Positions 13,201 through 26,340 of a DNA stretch of 51,003 nucleotides are shown here, piece by piece. Under the pieces are notes generated by a model, which had not been told where the DNA came from, made no database searches, and worked only from the letters and a program-made list of their open reading frames with translations. Every line of letters starts with the position of its first letter. Position 1 is the first letter of the stretch. The translations under genes and the position numbers were made by a program. This DNA is from Nemertoderma westbladi (lineage: Eukaryota > Animalia > Xenacoelomorpha), in contig JAUCBJ010004960.1 of the NCBI GenBank assembly GCA_032718475.1, positions 1 through 51,003 of the forward strand. Direction: 5' to 3'.

Positions 13201-16200
13201 GTTCGACTTCGAATCGTTAAATTAGAGTAGCTAGCATTGGTTAGAGTTCGAATCGTTAAATTAGAGTAGCTAGCATTGGTTCGACTTCGAATCGTTAAAT
13301 TAGAGTAGCTAGCATTGGTTCGACTTCGAATCGTTAAATTAGAGTAGCTAGCATTGGTTCGACTTCGAATCGTTAAATTAGAGTAGCTAGCATTATTGGT
13401 TAGACTTCGATTCGTTAAATTAGAGTAGCTAGCATTATTGGTTAGACTTCGATTCGTTAAATTAGAGTAGCTAGCATTGGTTAGAGTTCGAATCGTTAAA
13501 TTAGAGTAGCTAGCATTGGGTAGACTTCGATTCGTTAAATTAGAGTAGCTAGCATTGGTTAGACTTCGATTCGTTACATTAGAGTAGCTAGCATTGGTTC
13601 GACTTCGAATCGTTAAATTAGAGTAGCTAGCATTATTGGTTAGACTTCGATTCGTTAAATTAGAGTAGCTAGCATTATTGGTTAGACTTCGATTCGTTAA
13701 ATTAGAGTAGCTAGCATTGGTTAGAGTTCAAATCGTTAAATTAGAGTAGCTAGCATTGGTTAGACTTCGAATCGTTAAATTAGAGTAGCTAGCATTGGGT
13801 AGACTTCGATTCGTTAAATTAGAGTAGCTAGCATTGGTTCGACTTCGAATCGTTAAATTAGAGTAGCTAGCATTGGTTAGACTTCGAATCGTTAAATTAG
13901 AGTAGCTAGCATTGGTTAGACTTCGATTCGTTAAATTAGAGTAGCTAGCATTATTGGTTAGACTTCGATTCGTTAAATTAGAGTAGCTAGCATTGGTTAG
14001 AGTTCGAATCGTTAAATTAGAGTAGCTAGCATTGGTTAGAGTTCGAATCGTTAAATTAGAGTAGCTAGCATTATTGGTTAGACTTCGATTCGTTAAATTA
14101 GAGTAGCTAGCATTGGTTAGAGTTCGAATCGTTAAATTAGAGTAGCTAGCATTGGTTAGACTTCGATTCGTTAGATTAGAGTAGCTAGCATTGGTTAGAC
14201 TTCGATTCGTTAAATTAGAGTAGCTAGCATTGGTTAGACTTCGATTCGTTCAATTAGAGTAGCTAGCAGTGGTTAGAATTCGAATCATTAAATTAGAGTA
14301 GCTAGGATTGGTTAGACTTCAATTCGTTAAATTAGAGTAGCTAGCATTATTGGTTAGACTTCGATTCGTTAAATTAGAGTAGCTAGCATTGGTTAGAGTT
14401 CGAATCGTTAAATTAGAGTAGCTAGCATTGGTTAGAGTTCGAGTCGTTAAATTAGAGTAGCTAGCATTGGTTAGACTTCGAATCGTTCAATTAGAGTAGC
14501 TAGCAGTGGTTAGAATTCGAATCATTAAATTAGAGTAGCTAGGATTGGTTAGACTTCAATTCGTTAAATTCGAGTAGCTAGCATTATTGGTTAGACTTCG
14601 ATTCGTTAAATTAGAGTAGCTAGCATTGGTTAGAGTTCGAATCGTTAAATTAGAGTAGCTAGCATTGGTTAGAGTTCGAATCGTTAAATTAGAGTAGCTA
14701 GCATTGGTTAGAGTTCGAATCGTTAAATTAGAGTAGCTAGCATTGGTTAGACTTCGAATCGTTCAATTAGAGTAGCTAGCAGTGGTTAGAATTCGAATCA
14801 TTAAATTAGAGTAGCTAGGATTGGTTAGACTTCAATTCGTTAAATTAGAGTAGCTAGCATTATTGGTTAGACTTCGATTCGTTAAATTAGAGTAGCTAGC
14901 ATTGGTTAGAGTTCGAATCGTTAAATTAGAGTAGCTAGCGTTGGTTAGAGTTCGAATCGTTAAATTAGAGTAGCTAGCATTATTGGTTAGACTTCGATTC
15001 GTTAAATTAGAGTAGCTAGCATTGGTTAGAGTTCGAATCGTTAAATTAGAGTAGCTAGCATTGGTTAGACTTCGATTCGTTAAATTAGAGTAGCTAGCAT
15101 TATTGGTTAGACTTCGATTCGTTAAATTAGAGTAGCTAGCATTGGTTAGAGTTCGAATCGTTAAATTAGAGTAGCTAGCATTGGTTAGACTTCGATTCGT
15201 TAAATTAGAGTAGCTAGCATTGGTTAGACTTCGATTCGTTAAATTAGAGTAGCTAGCATTGGTTATACTTAGATTCGTTAGATTAGAGTAGCTAGCATTG
15301 GGTAGACTTCGAATCGTTAAATTAGAGTAGCTAGCATTGGTTAGATTTCGATTCGTTTAATTAGAGTAGCTAGCATTATTGGTTAGACTTCGAATCGTTA
15401 GATTAGAGTAGCTAGCATTGGTTCGACTTCGAATCTTTAAATTAGAGTAGCTAGCATTATTGGTTAGAGTTCGATTCGTTAAATTAGAGTAGCTAGCATT
15501 GGTTAGACTTCGATTCGTTCGATTAGAGTAGCTAGCATTGGTTCGACTTCGAATCGTTAAATTAGAGTAGCTAGCATTATTGGTTAGACTTTGATTCGTT
15601 AAATTAGAGTAGCTAGCATTGGTTAGACTTCGAATCGTTAAATTAGAGTAGCTAGCATTGGTTAGAGTTCGAATCGTTAAATTAGAGTAGCTAGCATTAT
15701 TGGTTAGACTTCGATTCGTTAAATTAGAGTAGCTAGCATTGGTTAGAGTTCGAATCGTTAAATTAGAGTAGCTAGCATTGGTTAGACTTCGATTCGTTAA
15801 ATTAGAGTAGCTAGCATTGGTTAGACTTCGATTCGTTAAATTAGAGTAGCTAGCATTGGTTAGACTTCGATTCGTTCAATTAGAGTAGCTAGCAGTGGTT
15901 AGAATTCGAATCATTAAATTAGAGTAGCTAGGATTGGTTAGACTTCAATTCGTTAAATTAGAGTAGCTAGCATTATTGGTTAGACTTTGATTCGTTAAAT
16001 TAGAGTAGCTAGCATTGGTTAGACTTCGATTTGTTAAATTAGAGTAGCTAGCATTATTGGTTAGACTTCGAATCGTTAGATTAGAGTAGCTAGCATTGGT
16101 TCGACTTCGAATCGTTAAATTAGAGTAGCTAGCATTATTGGTTAGAGTTCGATTCGTTAAATTAGAGTAGCTAGCATTGGTTAGACTTCGATTCGTTCGA

Positions 16201-19200
16201 TTAGAGTAGCTAGCATTGGTTCGACTTCGAATCGTTAAATTAGAGTAGCTAGCATTATTGGTTAGACTTTGATTCGTTAAATTAGAGTAGCTAGCATTAT
16301 TGGTTAGAGTTCGAATCGTTAGATTAGAGTAGCTAGCATTGGTTCGACTTCGAATCGTTAAATTAGAGTAGCTAGCATTATTGGTTAGAGTTCGATTCGT
16401 TAAATTAGAGTAGCTAGCATTGGCTAGACTTCGATTCGTTAAATTAGAGTAGCTAGCATTGGTTGGAGTTCGATTCGTTAAATTAGAGTAGCTAGCATTG
16501 GTTCGACTTCGAATCGTTAAATTAGAGTAGCTAGCATTGGTTAGAATTCGAATCGTTAAATTAGAGTAGCTAGCATTGGTTCGACTTCGAATCGTTAAAT
16601 TAGAGTAGCTAGCATTGGTTCGACTTCGAATCGTTAAATTAGAGTAGCTAGCATTGGTTCGACTTCGAATCGTTAAATTAGAGTAGCTAGCATTATTGGT
16701 TAGACTTCGATTCGTTAAATTAGAGTAGCTAGCATTATTGGTTAGACTTCGATTCGTTAAATTAGAGTAGCTAGCATTGGTTAGAGTTCGAATCGTTAAA
16801 TTAGAGTAGCTAGCATTGGGTAGACTTCGATTCGTTAAATTAGAGTAGCTAGCATTGGTTAGACTTCGATTCGTTACATTAGAGTAGCTAGCATTGGTTC
16901 GACTTCGAATCGTTAAATTAGAGTAGCTAGCATTATTGGTTAGACTTCGATTCGTTAAATTAGAGTAGCTAGCATTATTGGTTAGACTTCGATTCGTTAA
17001 ATTAGAGTAGCTAGCATTGGTTAGAGTTCAAATCGTTAAATTAGAGTAGCTAGCATTGGTTAGACTTCGAATCGTTAAATTAGAGTAGCTAGCATTGGGT
17101 AGACTTCGATTCGTTAAATTAGAGTAGCTAGCATTGGTTCGACTTCGAATCGTTAAATTAGAGTAGCTAGCATTGGTTAGACTTCGAATCGTTAAATTAG
17201 AGTAGCTAGCATTGGTTAGACTTCGATTCGTTAAATTAGAGTAGCTAGCATTATTGGTTAGACTTCGATTCGTTAAATTAGAGTAGCTAGCATTGGTTAG
17301 AGTTCGAATCGTTAAATTAGAGTAGCTAGCATTGGTTAGAGTTCGAATCGTTAAATTAGAGTAGCTAGCATTATTGGTTAGACTTCGATTCGTTAAATTA
17401 GAGTAGCTAGCATTGGTTAGAGTTCGAATCGTTAAATTAGAGTAGCTAGCATTGGTTAGACTTCGATTCGTTAAATTAGAGTAGCTAGCATTGGTTAGAC
17501 TTCGATTCGTTAAATTAGAGTAGCTAGCATTGGTTAGACTTCGATTCGTTCAATTAGAGTAGCTAGCAGTGGTTAGAATTCGAATCATTAAATTAGAGTA
17601 GCTAGGATTGGTTAGACTTCAATTCGTTAAATTAGAGTAGCTAGCATTATTGGTTAGACTTCGATTCGTTAAATTAGAGTAGCTAGCATTGGTTAGAGTT
17701 CGAATCGTTAAATTAGAGTAGCTAGCATTGGTTAGAGTTCGAGTCGTTAAATTAGAGTAGCTAGCATTGGTTAGACTTCGAATCGTTCAATTAGAGTAGC
17801 TAGCAGTGGTTAGAATTCGAATCATTAAATTAGAGTAGCTAGGATTGGTTAGACTTCAATTCGTTAAATTAGAGTAGCTAGCATTATTGGTTAGACTTCG
17901 ATTCGTTAAATTAGAGTAGCTAGCATTGGTTAGAGTTCGAATCGTTAAATTAGAGTAGCTAGCATTGGTTAGAGTTCGAATCGTTAAATTAGAGTAGCTA
18001 GCATTGGTTAGAGTTCGAATCGTTAAATTAGAGTAGCTAGCATTGGTTAGACTTCGAATCGTTCAATTAGAGTAGCTAGCAGTGGTTAGAATTCGAATCA
18101 TTAAATTAGAGTAGCTAGGATTGGTTAGACTTCAATTCGTTAAATTAGAGTAGCTAGCATTATTGGTTAGACTTCGATTCGTTAAATTAGAGTAGCTAGC
18201 ATTGGTTAGAGTTCGAATCGTTAAATTAGAGTAGCTAGCATTGGTTAGAGTTCGAATCGTTAAATTAGAGTAGCTAGCATTATTGGTTAGACTTCGATTC
18301 GTTAAATTAGAGTAGCTAGCATTGGTTAGAGTTCGAATCGTTAAATTAGAGTAGCTAGCATTGGTTAGACTTCGATTCGTTAAATTAGAGTAGCTAGCAT
18401 TATTGGTTAGACTTCGATTCGTTAAATTAGAGTAGCTAGCATTGGTTAGAGTTCGAATCGTTAAATTAGAGTAGCTAGCATTGGTTAGACTTCGATTCGT
18501 TAAATTAGAGTAGCTAGCATTGGTTAGACTTCGATTCGTTAAATTAGAGTAGCTAGCATTGGTTATACTTAGATTCGTTAGATTAGAGTAGCTAGCATTG
18601 GGTAGACTTCGAATCGTTAAATTAGAGTAGCTAGCATTGGTTAGATTTCGATTCGTTTAATTAGAGTAGCTAGCATTATTGGTTAGACTTCGAATCGTTA
18701 GATTAGAGTAGCTAGCATTGGTTCGACTTCGAATCTTTAAATTAGAGTAGCTAGCATTATTGGTTAGAGTTCGATTCGTTAAATTAGAGTAGCTAGCATT
18801 GGTTAGACTTCGATTCGTTCGATTAGAGTAGCTAGCATTGGTTCGACTTCGAATCGTTAAATTAGAGTAGCTAGCATTATTGGTTAGACTTTGATTCGTT
18901 AAATTAGAGTAGCTAGCATTGGTTAGACTTCGAATCGTTAAATTAGAGTAGCTAGCATTATTGGTTAGACTTTGATTCGTTAAATTAGAGTAGCTAGCAT
19001 TGGTTAGACTTCGATTTGTTAAATTAGAGTAGCTAGCATTATTGGTTAGACTTCGAATCGTTAGATTAGAGTAGCTAGCATTGGTTCGACTTCGAATCGT
19101 TAAATTAGAGTAGCTAGCATTATTGGTTAGAGTTCGATTCGTTAAATTAGAGTAGCTAGCATTGGTTAGACTTCGATTCGTTCGATTAGAGTAGCTAGCA

Positions 19201-19714
19201 TTGGTTCGACTTCGAATCGTTAAATTAGAGTAGCTAGCATTATTGGTTAGACTTTGATTCGTTAAATTAGAGTAGCTAGCATTATTGGTTAGAGTTCGAA
19301 TCGTTAGATTAGAGTAGCTAGCATTGGTTCGACTTCGAATCGTTAAATTAGAGTAGCTAGCATTATTGGTTAGAGTTCGATTCGTTAAATTAGAGTAGCT
19401 AGCATTGGCTAGACTTCGATTCGTTAAATTAGAGTAGCTAGCATTATTGGTTAGAGTTCGATTCGTTTAATTAGAGTAGCTAGCATTGGTTAGACTTCGA
19501 TTCGTTAAATTAGAGTAGCTAGCATTATTGGTTAGAGTTCGATTCGTTTAATTAGAGTAGCTAGTATTGGTTAGATTTCGAATCGTTAAATTAGAGTAGC
19601 TAGCATTGGTTAGATTTCGAATCGTTAAATTTGAGTAGCTAGCATTGGTTAGACTTCGAATCGTTAAATTAGAGTAGCTAGCATTGGTTAGACTCGAATC
19701 GTTAAATTTGAGTA
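4267..19714. repeat. Satellite DNA array, 39-bp monomer with a 42-bp (+TAT) variant, about 390 copies
   Basis: Consensus GTTAAATTAGAGTAGCTAGCATTGGTTAGACTTCGA(T/A)TC repeated head-to-tail with no spacers; more diverged monomers at both edges. Confidence 0.98.
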
Positions 19715-20062
19715 TTTGCTAGATACTGTGTTGCTAGAATTATTATCACAATTGTTTGTTATGCATTCAATATTTCCTTTGTGGTTCATGAAATACTAAA
19801 TATAAATGAAAACTTGTCTATTAATAATAATATTTGTTGATAAACCAACATATTAACAATACTGTACAACAACGCAGGCCAGATTTCTTATTGGTAAATA
19901 AGATACGGATTATATCTCGAGAACGCTCCGGTCACGTAATTTTTTTTCTGAGCTTCCTATGGCATATGCAACCACTTTATTGAAAATTTATTTCGGGTCC
20001 AAAAATATTGATGAAATTTTGCAGTTTCGTCTATATTTAGTATTCCATTGGTGTTATATTTG

Positions 20063-20774
20063 GGATAGTAATATTTACTGACAGTTGTCAGTGCCTGACA
20101 TTGGCGTATATCGAAAGTATTGAGTGATAAAAGTCGTTTGTTCGTCCCTATCCTCAATGTTTCCCGACATACCGATGTCCGTCGTCCCCTCTCCATAGGC
20201 CTACCTCATCCCAGTCACTGTTGTGAATTTGGTACAACAATGGAGATGGTTGTTACTCGCCATGACAATCGGTGTATTATTGGGGATGACTAGATGAGCC
20301 AATAGAGAGAAGGTCCAGTCCAGTCGCTCTACTACTACTAGGATCGGCATGCTGCATTCCAGCTGCATTTTTAAGAATGCTGTGCCTGCTTGTCGACAAA
20401 ATTGCGCCGCCACAACTCTTTGACCGGAGACCATGTGATGAAAGTCGTTCGTTCGTCCCCATCCTCAATGTTTCCCGACATTCCGATGTCCGTCGTCCCC
20501 TCTCCATAGGCCTACCTCATCCCAGTCACTGTGGTACAACAATAGTATGGTACTGGTACAACAATGAAATAATTTCAAGGAGACCTGCTCTTAATAAATG
20601 TAAAAAATGATATCCCAGACAGCCGTGAGACCTTTGCCTTTTTAAATACATTTTCGATTGTTGGACATAATTGTTGGATAGCCTCTGCAAAAATTGGATA
20701 ACTGTTGGATAGCCTGTACAAAAATTGGATAACTGTTAATAACGGGTAACAACTGTCAGTAAATATTACTATCC
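20063..20774. mobile_element. Non-autonomous TIR element (MITE-like), about 710 bp
   Basis: Perfect 26-bp inverted repeats GGATAGTAATATTTACTGACAGTTGT (20063-20088 and 20749-20774); internal ~90-bp direct repeat (20130 and 20441) and a ~31-bp tandem repeat near 20661-20736. TSD ambiguous (TATTT-like on both sides). Confidence 0.65.
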
Positions 20775-21014
20775 TTATTTGTATTATATTTGGTATCTTT
20801 TATATTTGAAAATTATTATTTTGTAACATATTTTCTCTCTCATTATTTCTTTGAAATCGCCGAAGTTGTAGAATATTAGGGATTTTCTCCAATCGGGGAC
20901 TCAACATAAATCTACCATATTGTTACTATTTCCCTGCCATTGATGCCAAAGAGGAAGTTACATTTGGCCCCAGAATTTAATATAAAACTTGGCAAACAAA
21001 AGTTCATCTATAAT

Positions 21015-23541
21015 ATATTTTATAGCTTCTGTGTTTATTGTTTATATTACTTGTTATATTTTGGTTGAAATATTTTGTTATAGCATTTAAAAATAAAGTA
21101 TTTTTATTTTATTAGTGAAACATATAATGGGTATACTAATGTACTGACTACTTCGGCCCTTAAATCAAATATGTTGTCCACAAGGCAGCTTTCACATTTC
21201 AGCTTAAATATATCCATAACATCCACTTTTTATCGTCCAATCTCAGCATTGACATTTAATCACAGAAATACCACAGAATTCACCCAATATAGTAAGTAAT
21301 AAGATATGCTTCTATTAGAAAGATGTCTATTCAACAGTTCATCTCTATATGTTACTACAAGTCAGCCATGGATATGTATGTATTTATTGACTATTAGTAG
21401 ATTATATAGAGATTGTGAATAAATACGTAAGATAATAATGATATGTTAAGTAATTTAGTTTACATAATAATTAATTAGTCCAAAGAAAATACAGCGTATG
21501 AAGTTGATCATATAAAAACAGGTAAATTGAGAATTACGTAATAACAACGAAAGACAATGAATTTAAAAGCGGGAGGGAGTCAGGCAATGTAATTTAACAT
21601 ATATATTTGATACATATAGCCGCAGCATTAACAATATATAGGACTCCATAAAGACAAACAGTCCCTCGAAACAGTAATGCTATCAAAATGCTAATTAACT
21701 AATAAAGTTCACTATTTATATAGATAAATTTTTATTAGAAAAAGGAAAATTAATGTCTATGTAGGTAGATATGTATGTAGTAATATGTAAGTAGTATGTA
21801 GTGATATGAAGTGTGGTAGGTATGTACAAATAGTAGAACTTTATACCACGTTCGTACTTTATACCACGTTCGTACTTTATACCACGTTCGTACTTTATAC
21901 CACGTTCGTACTTTATACCACGTTCGTACTTTATACCACGTTCGTACTTTATACCACGTTCGTACTTTATACCACGTTCGTACTTTATACCACGTTCGTA
22001 CTTTATACCACGTTCGTACTTTATACCACGTTCGTACTTTATACCACGATCGTACTTTATACCACGTTCGTACTTTATACCACGTTCGTACTTTATACCA
22101 CGTTCGTACTTTATACCACGTTCGAACTTTATACCACGTTCGAACTTTATACCACGTTCGAACTTTATACCACGTCCGTACTTTATACCACGTTCGTACT
22201 TTCTACCACGTTCGTACTTTATACCACGTTCGTACTTTATACCACGTTCGTACTTTATACCACGTTCGTACTTTATACCACGTTCGTACTTTATACCACG
22301 TTCGTACTTTATACCACGTTCGTACTTTATACCACGTTTGTACTTTATACCACGTTCGTACTTTCTACCACGTTCGTACTTTATACCACGTTCGTACTTT
22401 ATACCACGTTCGTACTTTATACCACGTTCGTACTTTATACCACGTTCGTACTTTCTACCACGTTCGTACTTTATACCACGTTCGTACTTTATACCACGTT
22501 CGTACTTTATACCACGTTCTTATATCACGTTCGTACTTTATACCACGTTTGTACTTTATACCACGTTCGTACTTTATACCACGTTCGTACTTTATACCAC
22601 GTTCGTACTTTATACCACGTTCGTACTTTATAACACGTTCGTACTTTATACCACGTTCGTACTTTATACCACGTTCGTACTTTATACCACATTCGTACTT
22701 TATACCAAGTTCGTACTTTATACCACGTTCGTACTTTATACCACGTTCATAAAGAAAACAAAATTTATTTTCATTACCATCAGGACAAGACCCCTGTACC
22801 TCAACCACCCCGTTGTACTAATTAGCTAACTGATACAACTTACACGCCATGCTGTCATTCATTGATTAATAATTATTGTTATATCGTAAATAATAAGTAT
22901 TATTGGATTATAGAGTTTGAGTTTATAAATTAAATATCTCTTATTTATAATTTTATTTGTTAAAAAAAGGTTTGCATTTACTTCTAAGTTAAGTTGTAGG
23001 GGGAAGTTAAAATGTCGTGTTAGTCTCAATAACAATGAAAGTTAAACAAAAGTTAACTTTTAAAATATTTTATAGCTTCCGTGTTTATTGTTTATATTAC
23101 TTGTTATATTTTGGTTGAAATATTTTGTTATAACATTTAAAAATAAAACATTTATATTATTAGTGAAACATATAATGGGTCCACTACTGTACTGACTACT
23201 TTGGTTAAATATGATCACCAAGGCGCCAAGCCTTTCACATTTCAGCTCCAATATACTCAACTCATAGCATAGCATCCACTTTTTATCGCACAACCACCGA
23301 TTTGAAATTTATTCACAAAATTCAAAAGAATCTTAGAATTCACCCAATATATGAGATATGGATGGTTTGAAAGATGTCTTTTCAACAGTAAAACATATTT
23401 ATTTTTGTATAAGTCATAAGTATAAGTCAGCCAGAGTGGCGGCCCTCGAAACAAACAGCAATGCTATCAAAATATAGTTTTTTGTTTATAATTAAAATAT
23501 CTTTTATATATAATTTCACAATTTTTATTTATTAAAAACGG
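21015..23541 (+). repeat. Local direct duplication of the region upstream of gene B (copy 1 ~21015-22970, copy 2 ~23065-23541)
   Basis: atattttatagcttc.gtgtttattgtttatattacttgttatattttggttgaaatattttgttata occurs at ~21015 and ~23065; collinear blocks aagtcagcca and ccctcgaaac..atgctatcaaaat follow in both copies. Confidence 0.8.
21838..22748. repeat. 18-bp minisatellite (ACTTTATACCACGTTCGT), about 50 copies
   Basis: Directly visible; it yields the LYTTFV / YFIPRS repeat ORFs. Confidence 0.97.
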
Positions 23542-23625
23542 TACTCAATCTATAAATTTTGTAATGCCGATACAATATTAAACATAAGTTGTTATAATTG
23601 AACAACAAACTTTGCCCCAATTACA

Positions 23626-24472
23626 ATGAAATCATTACTGATATTACTGATACTAACTGATGTTATTATGGGGTTCAAGTATAATGGATATCAACTAGTC
23701 GAACTAGATGGATCTAAATTTACTAGAGAATGTTTAATTAAAGAAGACAGAGACTCTATTGCAGTGAAAGTTGATTTTGTTATTGAAGAGGTTAGCGAAT
23801 TAATAACGGAAGCTATTTCCGATGTACTGGAATTGTATGTTACTGCTATGGATGATAATGGTAACAGCATACGTGTGAATAATGCAGCAAACTCCAAAGG
23901 AGATGTTTGTAGAAACGGTTACAATGTTATCCCTTGTGACGAATGGACTACAGCAGAATATATAAGTAGCAACACAGTCGGAGCTGCAGGAAGTATAACT
24001 GTTGGGTTGAATCCTCCTGTTATTGAATTTCTACCGGAGTTATTGGAGATATTAATACGACATTGGATTAAAAATTATAAAGTTATAAATCTCCAAAAAA
24101 ACCCAGACATATCCGATCAGTCAGCTTACCCACTTATAATAACTCTCCCACCACAATGTAAAGCTGATAATGATCCAGAGTGTAGCTGCGATGTACCGAG
24201 TTGTACTTATATAGAAGGCAGTTCAGCTACATTAAACTGTAAGTTATCAGATTGGGTACCGGTACCGGTAGCTGGAAGTACATCAGGAGATTCTAGATGG
24301 AGTTGGTATAGTAACGGAGCTGCTATTGGTGGAGTCGTAACTGAACCAGGAGATACACTGAGTATAAACAGAGATCTAAGTCGTGGAGACAATGGGAGAG
24401 AGTTTATATGTAAGGCGAGGAATAGAGCTATAGAAGTGGATAAATCCTGTACCACTACGATCGTAGTTCAAT
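23626..24472 (+). CDS. Gene B first coding exon: signal peptide + unrecognised ~155-aa N-terminal domain + Ig-like domain
   Basis: ATG followed by hydrophobic MKSLLILLILTDVIMG; Ig motif EGSSATLNC..WSWY..LSINRDLSRGDNGREFICKARN; strong donor CAAT|gtaagt at 24472/24473 (phase 1) at the domain end (IVVQ). Confidence 0.85.
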
Positions 24473-25119
24473 GTAAGTTTGAGATATCCACTAAAGGTTA
24501 TATTATGTCACAATATACTGTATTTAGATACATACTATCAGTGTCAGTGAACATCACACTGCATTTCTGTCACGGACTTATGCATTCTGAGGAAGCCAAG
24601 CCGGAGAAAAGACAAAGAGTGAATACCAAAATGGGGAAAGAAAGGGTGGTAGTTAAATGTAGAGAGACTCCACGGTGTGGTACACCAGATTAACGTTACA
24701 AGTGATTCAATTGGATACAAAAATATAATCAGCAGAAACTACTTCAATAAAATTCCTAGTTAATTTTTCATTAACTAAGTTATTAAACCAAGATATAAAG
24801 TTTGGGTTTCTATGTAATTTATTTAATTCTTGTATTTTTGTATATATATTTAGTGATTTAAAATTCACATGGTAGAACTCGTAGAGCACACCAAATTAAG
24901 TATATAAACCTAAAAATTACAGAATACCAAATAATTAAGTAGGGCCTAACAGTTGTAAAAATTACGCTAATAAGGCACAAAATGCACATAATTAATATTG
25001 AGAAAAAAAAATTATAGTAAAAATATACATTGAAAATTGTGCAAAAACTGGCTAATTCTTCTGTTTAAATGGACAATGCAATGAAAGAAATGTAGTCCAT
25101 TTAATTTATTTGAATACTT

Positions 25120-26340
25120 GTACCTTAGTTAGGGAGTTTGACTGGATAGGTCTCGAGTCAGTGTATCCAGGCGAGCCGAGACAATCTGGGACGGTGAAAA
25201 GATATTCATCAAGATGCTTTTTAAAAGTCTCCAGTGCGCAGCCTGTCAAGTCTCAAGTCAAGTCTTTGTCAATGTAGATTCTTACCGAGTTCTACATAAA
25301 CCGTCGTTTAGTGCGAAATGCGCGTGGTTTTGTAACCATGGCAACCTTGTGACGTACTGTACGTACATACTACATATCATCACAATAATTAATGCTATTA
25401 TTACATTCAAGAATTAGATGTTTCTTTGTCGAAATTGGTAACATCCAGGTTAATATCAATATCATCTAAACTACACAAACATTCTAAACACGTTCGTGGA
25501 GCCATCGCGCAGCACGAGGCTCAGTTATGAGATAAAACAATTATGTACATATTGGTATGAGTATACAGTTAAGAGCCTCCTTTGAATGATACAGAATGGT
25601 CTAGTACAAATAGGCCATTTTCAGCTAGAAGAACGGGTTTAAAGCAAAGAAATGTGAGGATATTTAATGTCTAGACATGTAGCCCTCTAGAGAGAGACTG
25701 TTGATTTGATGGTGTCTGAAAGTCCCTAAAAAATCTCAACTTATGGTCTTATTAATGCCTACTAATTTTCGACTCTACAGCTTTAAATCCGACGAAGTTA
25801 TAAGTAAGTCAAAATCGTAGCGACGAATATGACATACAGTACCATTATTGAATGAACTATTTGCCATAATTGACCTACCACGCCCCCTCCCCCCCCCCCC
25901 CCCCCCCCCTAAGAGATAAAGTCAGTTCGCAAAGGCTCCGAAACTTCACCGGTAGGTCTATGTCATTACTTCGGAGTCTCTAGCCGATCCTCAATTAAAT
26001 GTCTTAACTTTTCAATATCGTAAAAGATAGACTTTATGATTCTCTACAAGCAACCCAAATTTCAGCTCAGGAAAATGAGGCGTTACCGAGAAAGTCTAAA
26101 AACCACATCTGTCGTAACTGACATCAGACTGCATGATTTTTCACCAAACTTCACAAATTTTCTAAACTTTCCCTCTACTACTTACCTACTAAGTTTGGTT
26201 CAATTCCGAATCAGCGATGGCGAGAAATTCGCGTTCAAAGATTTAACGAGACAGACAGACGGACGGACAGACAGAAGGACATGCCCCATTTGCCTTATAT
26301 GAACCGTATGCCAAGGCTCGCCGACTACGTGTTTCACCCC
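25120..26340. mobile_element. Probable non-autonomous repeat remnant (Helentron/DINE-like); boundaries uncertain
   Basis: GACA/GACG microsatellite at 26249-26274 followed by a short GC-rich segment, a poly-C tract, and complementary ggcgagcc (~25170) / ggctcgcc (~26315). Pattern recognition only. Confidence 0.3.

Noticed and set aside
4267-19714. CRISPR-like array of 39-bp units
   Set aside because: No unique spacers, no cas genes, eukaryotic context; it is a head-to-tail satellite.
19957-20610. Paired short ORFs beginning MERGRRTS
   Set aside because: They arise from the internal direct repeat of the TIR element; no coding signature.
21806-22829. 275-aa LYTTFV and related repeat ORFs
   Set aside because: By-products of the 18-bp minisatellite.
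24473-24693. C-terminal 73 aa of the 355-aa ORF (likewise 1539-1569, 2182-2417, 47237-47294)
   Set aside because: Read-through into intron beyond strong splice sites at domain boundaries.
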